From contig CAVZSV010000003.1 of assembly GCA_963778115.1 (NCBI GenBank), positions 1 to 12,566 of the forward strand: 12,566 bases of DNA. Reading direction: 5' to 3'. The translations under genes and the position numbers were made by a program. Under the pieces are notes generated by a model. That model was not told the origin of the DNA. It saw nothing but the letters and a program-made list of their open reading frames with translations, and searched no databases. This document shows positions 7,518 to 12,566 of this stretch, piece by piece; position 1 is the stretch's first letter, and each line of letters begins with the position of its first letter. Origin of the DNA: an uncultured delta proteobacterium (GTDB lineage Bacteria > Bdellovibrionota > FAC87 > UBA2466).

Positions 7518-8428
7518 GACGGCTTTTTGACGTTCTTTGGGATTGCTTTCAGAAGAAAGTTTTTCGCGAACCACATTTTGAACTTCTGCCATGGGTTTCG
7601 ATTTCCCCACCATAAAGTGCCCTTTCGGTACGATCCTCGATACACGTCAAACTGAGAGAAGTGAGGGACCGTTCTTACTCGTCCACGGGCTAAAAGGATT
7701 TTAAGGACTTCGGCACTTGCCATCGCAGCGCACTCCATAACTCCCACCGCGTGCGAAGGTCCTTTCCCACTCTCCAAGTCGATTCGACTGCGATCCATAT
7801 ACTGGATATGAAGTCCGGCTGGCGCAAGGCCCATGGCGAACTTAATGGCACGGGCAACTCGAGTATCGCCTTCTTTAAAGTCGAAGTACTTCCAATAGTC
7901 CATGCTTTCCGCCGAGAATACAAGCATCGCGCAGGAGAGCCCCAGGGGGGCCGCAGTCACAAGCCATAGCCCTTTGCGTTGGATCGCCGGAAATAGCGCA
8001 TCCCGGGCTTCAAAGGCGAAGAAATCCAAGCTATCCACCACGACATCGACCCCTTCTAAGAAAGAATCGATGTTACCCTGGTTGATAGCCTCTCGAAACA
8101 CTCTGACTTTTGCCGTGGGATTTATTTCAAGGATCTCTTGGCGAATCACATCGACTTTGTCTTTGCCGATAGTCGAACTCTTAGCCCCGAACTGGCGGTT
8201 GAAATTTTCCATTTCATAGCGGTCGAAATCGGCAATTGTGAAATATCCGACTCCCATTCGAGCAAGCGTGAGCGCGTGGATACTTCCCACTCCGCCACAT
8301 CCAGGAATAGCGACGTGTTTATCGCGAAGAGCAAGCTGCTCCGACTCCGAGACAATTCCTAGATTTCGGGAGAAGGCTCGCAGGTAATTAAACCCCGCCG
8401 GTGTAAGTTTTCTAATCGTAGCTGACAT
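7514..8428 (-). CDS. ThiF/E1-like adenylyltransferase of the type found with N-acyl amino acid synthases
   Basis: AFSRNLGIVSESEQLAL, GCGGVG nucleotide loop, ADFDRYEMENFNRQ, GKDKVDV, VVDSLD and C-terminal QFDVYR...WWGNRNPWQK. No CxxC zinc pairs as in MoeB/ThiF proper. Confidence 0.9.
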   Translation of the reverse strand: MSATIRKLTPAGFNYLRAFSRNLGIVSESEQLALRDKHVAIPGCGGVGSIHALTLARMGVGYFTIADFDRYEMENFNRQFGAKSSTIGKDKVDVIRQEILEINPTAKVRVFREAINQGNIDSFLEGVDVVVDSLDFFAFEARDALFPAIQRKGLWLVTAAPLGLSCAMLVFSAESMDYWKYFDFKEGDTRVARAIKFAMGLAPAGLHIQYMDRSRIDLESGKGPSHAVGVMECAAMASAEVLKILLARGRVRTVPHFSQFDVYRGSYRKGTLWWGNRNPWQKFKMWFAKNFLLKAIPKNVKKPS

Positions 8429-8457
8429 CTCATAGTCGTTTCGGAGCTTTCCACGAG

Positions 8458-8640
8458 GTCATTGAGGCGGATAAGGCGATAAATAGGGAATGTGGAGGTT
8501 TCAGCATAGTTTGAGGCGGATGACGCAATGGACTACGGGTTGCCACCTCGCCCCTACGGGCTTTTTGCAATGACGAACAAAATAGCTGTCATTGCGTATA
8601 TGGAGCAGGAGCGAAGCGACTCGACGAAGCAGTCCCCCCG
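8458..8640. repeat. Degenerate REP/RPE-like palindromic element(s) of the GTCATTGC...GCAATGAC type
   Basis: GTCATTG at 8458, GTTGCCAC...GCAATGAC ending 8574, then GTCATTGCG at 8588 followed by GAGCGAAGCGACTCGACGAAGCAGTCC. This resembles the widespread gtcattgcgag-cgaagcg-aagcaatc intergenic repeat. GCAATGAC (8567-8574) and GTCATTGC (8588-8595) are exact inverted repeats. Confidence 0.55.
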
Positions 8641-8748
8641 AATAAGTACCGTTTGAATAGGTTCGTCGACGTCAAAACTTCGTCACCTCTCTTTTCACAG
8701 TGACGAAAAGCGCTTTGTTGCACACTTAGTCTACAACCGTATTCCCTA

Positions 8749-8765
8749 TTGGCTGCTCACTTGCA
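8749..8765 (+). promoter_or_regulatory. Putative sigma54 promoter for the small basic protein
   Basis: TTGGCTGCTCACTTGCA = TGGC-N7-TTGCA, a close match to the -24/-12 consensus, ending 23 nt before ATG 8789. Confidence 0.65.
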
Positions 8766-8788
8766 CTGCGTATTCCCTAGAGGTGTTT

Positions 8789-9055
8789 ATGAAGAACTGG
8801 TTGAAGCTCCTGTTGATCGTGACCCTACTGACTCCTGTTTTCGGCCAAGCTGAATTCTTAGGGAGTCATGGTCCCATTGGCGGTAATGGTCTTAATAACG
8901 GGGGCTTCGGTAACGGAGTTGGGGGACGTCCCCAGATGCGTCCCCGGCAAGGGAAGATGGGACGAAAAGGAATGGTTCGCCGAGGCAAAAAGGGCGGCGG
9001 CGGAAGAAAAGGCGGCGGGAAAAAGGGTGGCGGCGGTAAACGCGGACGTCGCTAG
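8789..9055 (+). CDS. Small secreted Gly/Lys/Arg-rich protein (88 aa)
   Basis: SD GAGGTG at 8780-8785, signal peptide MKNWLKLLLIVTLLTPVFGQA, low-complexity basic tail, tandem TAG TAG stop and an upstream promoter motif. Confidence 0.75.
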   Translation: MKNWLKLLLIVTLLTPVFGQAEFLGSHGPIGGNGLNNGGFGNGVGGRPQMRPRQGKMGRKGMVRRGKKGGGGRKGGGKKGGGGKRGRR

Positions 9056-9067
9056 TAGATTAGAGTC

Positions 9068-9114
9068 AAAAAAAACAATGGGACCAAGCCTCCTAAGAGT
9101 CTTGATCCCATTGT
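9068..9114 (-). terminator. Rho-independent terminator after the SWIB gene, between convergent genes
   Basis: Minus strand ACAATGGGATCAAG-ACTCTTAGGAGG-CTTGGTCCCATTGT forms a long stem (one G-U pair) and runs into a T tract (A-run at 9068-9075 on +). Confidence 0.8.
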
Positions 9115-9135
9115 GAGCAATCTTACGAAAAAAGA

Positions 9136-9447
9136 CTAAGCCGAGAGATGCTTGCTGACGAGTTTCGTCATTTCAAACATCGAGACTTGGCCTTTTCCGT
9201 TAAAGACAACCTTCAGGTTCGCGTCGGCATTGATGTTCCGACGATTTTTCGAATCTTGAAGCTTGTGCTTGCGAATGTAAGCCCAAAGTTTCTTCACGAC
9301 TTCAGTTCGTGGAATCGGTTTGTTACCGACGACCTGAGCAAGAGCTGCACTGGGTTTCAGTGGAGCCATGAAAGCTTTGTTCGGTTTACGAGCCGAAGCT
9401 TTCTTTGCTGGTTTTTTTGTAGCTTTTTTTGCTTTCTTTGTTGCCAT
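9136..9447 (-). CDS. SWIB/MDM2 domain protein with a histone-H1-like Lys/Ala-rich N-terminal tail
   Basis: FMAPLKPSAALAQVVG...RTEVVKKLWAYIRKHKLQDSKNRRNINADANLKVVF...VSMFEMTKLVSKHL is the classic bacterial SWIB sequence. ATG 9447 follows GGGGG (9457-9453). Confidence 0.92.
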   Translation of the reverse strand: MATKKAKKATKKPAKKASARKPNKAFMAPLKPSAALAQVVGNKPIPRTEVVKKLWAYIRKHKLQDSKNRRNINADANLKVVFNGKGQVSMFEMTKLVSKHLSA

Positions 9448-9553
9448 TAAGACCCCCAAACAGAGTTAATCGAGTTCAGATGATAACTGAATGCTGCCGA
9501 ATAGAGAACGAGAATGAAAGTCTTTTTTTTAAAAAAAAATAGGACGCTACTCG

Positions 9554-10699
9554 TCAATTAGAGGTTGACCTTGGGCCAAGAACCAGGAGCACACACTGAA
9601 GTTGGGCCCTCTTTTCCGTCGAAACCCCAGGGGGATTGCCTTCAAGAAGCCTCGTGATACCGGTGATCGCGAAATCGGCAAGTCTGCGATCCCACACGTT
9701 TCCAGAGGAGTTTTCCCTCAATGCGATCATTTGGCTGAGCTTTTGAACGTCAATCTCCTCGAGAGAACTCCATCCGTGCCGACGCAAAAATAGTCGAGAC
9801 AGTGCTTCTTCGGCGGCGTCCGCCAGGTCGCTATACCACTGGGGGCGAGAAGTTCCCGGGGGAAGCGGTCTTTCCGCCCACTCGACGACCCTATGCAAAG
9901 CCTCTTCAAAATCGTCGGAACCGGGGATCTGGGTTAAAAGAGCATCGTCGACATGGCTAACCCAAATCTCAAGGACGAAGGAGTTGTTCTGTCTTAACTC
10001 CTTACTTACCCAATCTGAATAGAGGCGAGAAATGTCTAAATGCAGACGGTGCTTTGCCCCACGAGCGATCCTTAAAATACCTGCCATGTACTCGCTAAGG
10101 GCATGCTCGGTTCCGAACTGCTGGGCCAATTGCCGCTTAACCGCGAAAGCATTCGTCTCTGTCTGCAACAACAGGTTACCGTAGGTTTTGTAAGTCTCTT
10201 GAATAAGTTCCTGCCCCATTAATCTGATAGCATCCGCCCTCTCACGAAAATGCGCTGTCGCCCAATCCCGTGTCGGATCGTTAATCTGGAAGTGTAAGTA
10301 CCGATCGTGCATCTCCAATACCGCATCCATGGCGCCCCCATCACAGTGGGGGAGAAATCGCTCTAGGAATTGCCTTACAAACGCCTCTTCGGCGGGTGTT
10401 TTGATTGCAAGTTTTTGAGACTCACTAAAATCGTCGGAGATATCGGGTGTTTCGATTTGGATGATATCCAATAGCCAGGAATTTTTTTCATCCTGATTCA
10501 TATCGCCCCTCAAAAGTCGCTGGTAGCTCTCGCGTCCGCGCAGACTCAATCGATCAAAATAGGGGAGCGATATGTCGGCAAAGGGAGATTCGTCCTTTAC
10601 GTATCTTCGGAGATCAAGGGTGGACGGGGCTGCTAGCGATTGGCTTGCCTGGCAAAGCGCCAAGAGTGCCGCGGTTAGAGGGTAGAAAAACCATTTCAT
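9554..10699 (-). CDS. Secreted hypothetical protein, probably alpha-helical (381 aa)
   Basis: Long ORF with signal peptide MKWFFYPLTAALLALCQASQSLA; no recognisable family motif; C-terminal QLQCVLLVL. Confidence 0.75.
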   Translation of the reverse strand: MKWFFYPLTAALLALCQASQSLAAPSTLDLRRYVKDESPFADISLPYFDRLSLRGRESYQRLLRGDMNQDEKNSWLLDIIQIETPDISDDFSESQKLAIKTPAEEAFVRQFLERFLPHCDGGAMDAVLEMHDRYLHFQINDPTRDWATAHFRERADAIRLMGQELIQETYKTYGNLLLQTETNAFAVKRQLAQQFGTEHALSEYMAGILRIARGAKHRLHLDISRLYSDWVSKELRQNNSFVLEIWVSHVDDALLTQIPGSDDFEEALHRVVEWAERPLPPGTSRPQWYSDLADAAEEALSRLFLRRHGWSSLEEIDVQKLSQMIALRENSSGNVWDRRLADFAITGITRLLEGNPPGVSTEKRAQLQCVLLVLGPRSTSN

Positions 10700-10866
10700 T
10701 GAGGCGCCTATGTATCAAATAAGGCACCACTGGAGAAGAGGCAATTGCGGGGGTACGACACGGCCAATCAAAACCAACTGTTAACAGAGTTTGAACCGAT
10801 TTTTAGGATTTGGTCGCCTTAACGTTACGATCCATTCATTCTCATCAAAGCGTAAAAGGGGGAACC

Positions 10867-11808
10867 ATGAGATTTGCCATCACTCTTGTGCTCTTATCGG
10901 TCTGTACTTCAGTCTTTGCGGCCTTGGATTTTAGTCAGTACCACACGCAAGATCAGATAGCGGCCTATTTAAGACAAATGGCGAGTGATAACCCCTCGCT
11001 AGTCCATTTTTATGTCCTGGGCCATTCGGACGAAAACAGGGAGATAGCTTACATTAGTTTGACGAAGGGGAACGAACAGCTTCCCGGCATCTACTTCAAC
11101 GGAACCCATCACGGAAATGAATGGTCCTCCACCGAGGGGATCTTGGGACTTATCGATTATCTCATTACCAATAAAGATAGCGCGGACGTCTCCGCTCTGT
11201 TGTCGAAATACGTTTTTTATATGCAGCCTTTGGTTAATCCCGACGGCCATTTTCACCAAACGCGGGAAGAGATCCATGGGCTAGATCCCAATCGCGATTA
11301 CACTTGGCCGGGGGGTTCTAGCTCTACACAATGGAAAACTACTATCATCCCGCTCGTTAAGGGCTTTCTCGATTCGCATAAGATTCGGGCTGCCGCGGCT
11401 TACCACTCAGGAATTGAAGAGATCATCTGGCCCTGGTGCTACACCGGCGATGGCGCTCCGGATGCTAATGTTCTTTATACCCTTGGCAAAAAAACGGCCG
11501 AAGCGATGAATTACTCGCGCTATATGCAGTCCTATGACGATTACGAAACCGAAGGTGAATTCGTCGACTACGCCTACATGACGCAAAAGACTCTAGCCCT
11601 TACTTTCGAAGTCTCCTCCGAATACACTCCGGACGCTTCTGAATTAGCTGGAGTAGTGACGCGTTCGGTGGATGGAGCGATGGCCTTCATCGATGGAATC
11701 AGAGATCTAGATAACGGCACTCTGCCCATCGAGAATCAGCCGACGCACCATCTTGCCGGCAACACCGGCTATTATTTGTGGAAGCTGTTAGGCTTTCGCC
11801 TCGAATAG
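10867..11808 (+). CDS. Secreted M14-family zinc carboxypeptidase
   Basis: HxxE zinc motif (HHGNEW), NPDG, DPNRDY, third ligand YHS, PW and catalytic TFEVS. Signal peptide MRFAITLVLLSVCTSVFA. AAAGGGGGA precedes ATG 10867; the ORF track starts at 10810. Confidence 0.9.
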   Translation: MRFAITLVLLSVCTSVFAALDFSQYHTQDQIAAYLRQMASDNPSLVHFYVLGHSDENREIAYISLTKGNEQLPGIYFNGTHHGNEWSSTEGILGLIDYLITNKDSADVSALLSKYVFYMQPLVNPDGHFHQTREEIHGLDPNRDYTWPGGSSSTQWKTTIIPLVKGFLDSHKIRAAAAYHSGIEEIIWPWCYTGDGAPDANVLYTLGKKTAEAMNYSRYMQSYDDYETEGEFVDYAYMTQKTLALTFEVSSEYTPDASELAGVVTRSVDGAMAFIDGIRDLDNGTLPIENQPTHHLAGNTGYYLWKLLGFRLE

Positions 11809-11816
11809 AACGGGAC

Positions 11817-12566
11817 TTAGTTCCTGAGGGGTTCTCCGCCGGATAGCACGTCAAGGACACAGCGAACTTGTTGCAGATGATGAGATAAAGCATCCTGCAG
11901 GTTGGCGAAGTCCGCTCTTTCGTGAGGGTACAAAAGATTCCAGAAGCGACTTTCCCTAAGCCGCTGGATGAATTTGAGCCCCTCACGGACTTCTAGGTAC
12001 TTTTCTCTCATGATGTCGCGCGGTGAAGTCATGTTCTCGCGCGCTACATCGATCGAAGGGGCAAAGAGATATCTGCGGATCTTTCCGTAGAATTCGATGG
12101 CCATGGCCACACTAGCCCGAGCTAACCGATCGTCTCTTAACTCCCCTCTTCGGTCATAAAAGATATGATCCGCCCAAAGGGTGGTATGAATCGCAAAGTT
12201 TTTCGCATCCTCGCTGCCGTTTACCAAATAGGTATCCGCAACATTGAAATCGGTGACATCCGCAATGGAGCGAATAGGAAACCGGCGTTGGGGCCCTTTC
12301 GTGCGACTATCGGCAACTTCGAGTATTAGGGCTTTGTCCTGGGCGAAGGGCGCGGCGCGCGCCTCGAGTGAGAAGATATTACTCGGAAGATACTCCGGCG
12401 CTAACTGTTCGACGAGATAAAGAGCTTTGTAGAGTTCGATATTGATCGCGGCGGTGACGCTGTCACTGACCACTTCGTCGATATCTTCGGCACTTAAATC
12501 AAAGGGAATGGCAAAAAGAGGCCGCTCGGCATTGGGATACGCCTGCAGGACGGCATTCCGACTGGC
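11817..12566 (-). CDS. Hypothetical protein, C-terminal part only (start lies beyond the window end)
   Basis: The frame stays open from 12473 to 12566 (ASRNAVLQAYPNAERPLFAIPFDLSAEDIDEV...). C-terminal QVRCVLDVL. Confidence 0.75.
   Translation of the reverse strand, partial: ASRNAVLQAYPNAERPLFAIPFDLSAEDIDEVVSDSVTAAINIELYKALYLVEQLAPEYLPSNIFSLEARAAPFAQDKALILEVADSRTKGPQRRFPIRSIADVTDFNVADTYLVNGSEDAKNFAIHTTLWADHIFYDRRGELRDDRLARASVAMAIEFYGKIRRYLFAPSIDVARENMTSPRDIMREKYLEVREGLKFIQRLRESRFWNLLYPHERADFANLQDALSHHLQQVRCVLDVLSGGEPLRN

Noticed and set aside
1542..8362. Antisense and alternate-frame ORFs (e.g. 1542-1952, 1977-2315, 2943-3395, 6182-6580, 7902-8219)
   Set aside because: They are shadows of well-supported genes, with no independent coding evidence.
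7514..8428. Calling the E1-like gene thiF, moeB or tcdA, or a ubiquitin-like defence E1
   Set aside because: It has no CxxC zinc motifs, and no ThiS/MoaD/Ubl, E2 or JAB gene is nearby. The C-terminal region matches the acyl-synthase-associated type.
8985..9052. Tandem repeat or CRISPR-like array in the GGCGGC-rich stretch
   Set aside because: The periodicity is explained by Gly/Lys codons of the small protein; there is no repeat-spacer structure and no cas gene.
6438..9055. RiPP (azole-peptide or microcin C-like) cluster with the Gly-rich peptide as precursor
   Set aside because: There is no YcaO cyclodehydratase or evident RRE. The peptide has a Sec signal and its mature part has almost no Cys/Ser/Thr. 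The adjacent FeeM-like synthase explains ThiF plus nitroreductase better.
10714..10730. sigma54 promoter TGGTGCCTTATTTGAT upstream of the 381-aa orphan
   Set aside because: The -12 element reads GA rather than GC and would leave almost no leader.
12075..12115. Zincin HExxH metalloprotease motif in the last ORF (AMAIEFYGK)
   Set aside because: Both histidines are absent, so the resemblance is too weak to call.

Overview
This is a gene-dense bacterial window of moderate GC. The protein mix (many signal-peptide orphans, a SWIB protein, sigma54-type promoters) suggests a Bdellovibrionota/deltaproteobacterial-type organism; that is inference only. Its centre (3034-8428) is a convergent five-gene cluster. 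An N-acyl amino acid synthase (FeeM/GNAT-like) fused to a C-terminal PilZ domain faces a minus-strand run of ThiF-family adenylyltransferase, nitroreductase-family flavoenzyme, LolA-like periplasmic carrier and outer-membrane beta-barrel. The three enzymes match the domain set of the OxzAB oxazolone pathway, here with split ThiF and nitroreductase genes, a possible c-di-GMP switch and a putative export route. Flanking genes are hflX, a secreted cyanophycinase-like S51 peptidase with a Glu-to-Gln change in the GIDE motif, a small secreted Gly/Lys/Arg-rich peptide behind a sigma54-type promoter, a SWIB-domain protein, an M14 carboxypeptidase and three hypothetical proteins, two of which share a C-terminal Q-[LV]-x-C-V-L-x-V-L motif. 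No rRNA, intact tRNA, CRISPR array or transposase was seen. All family calls are from motif recognition, not database searches.
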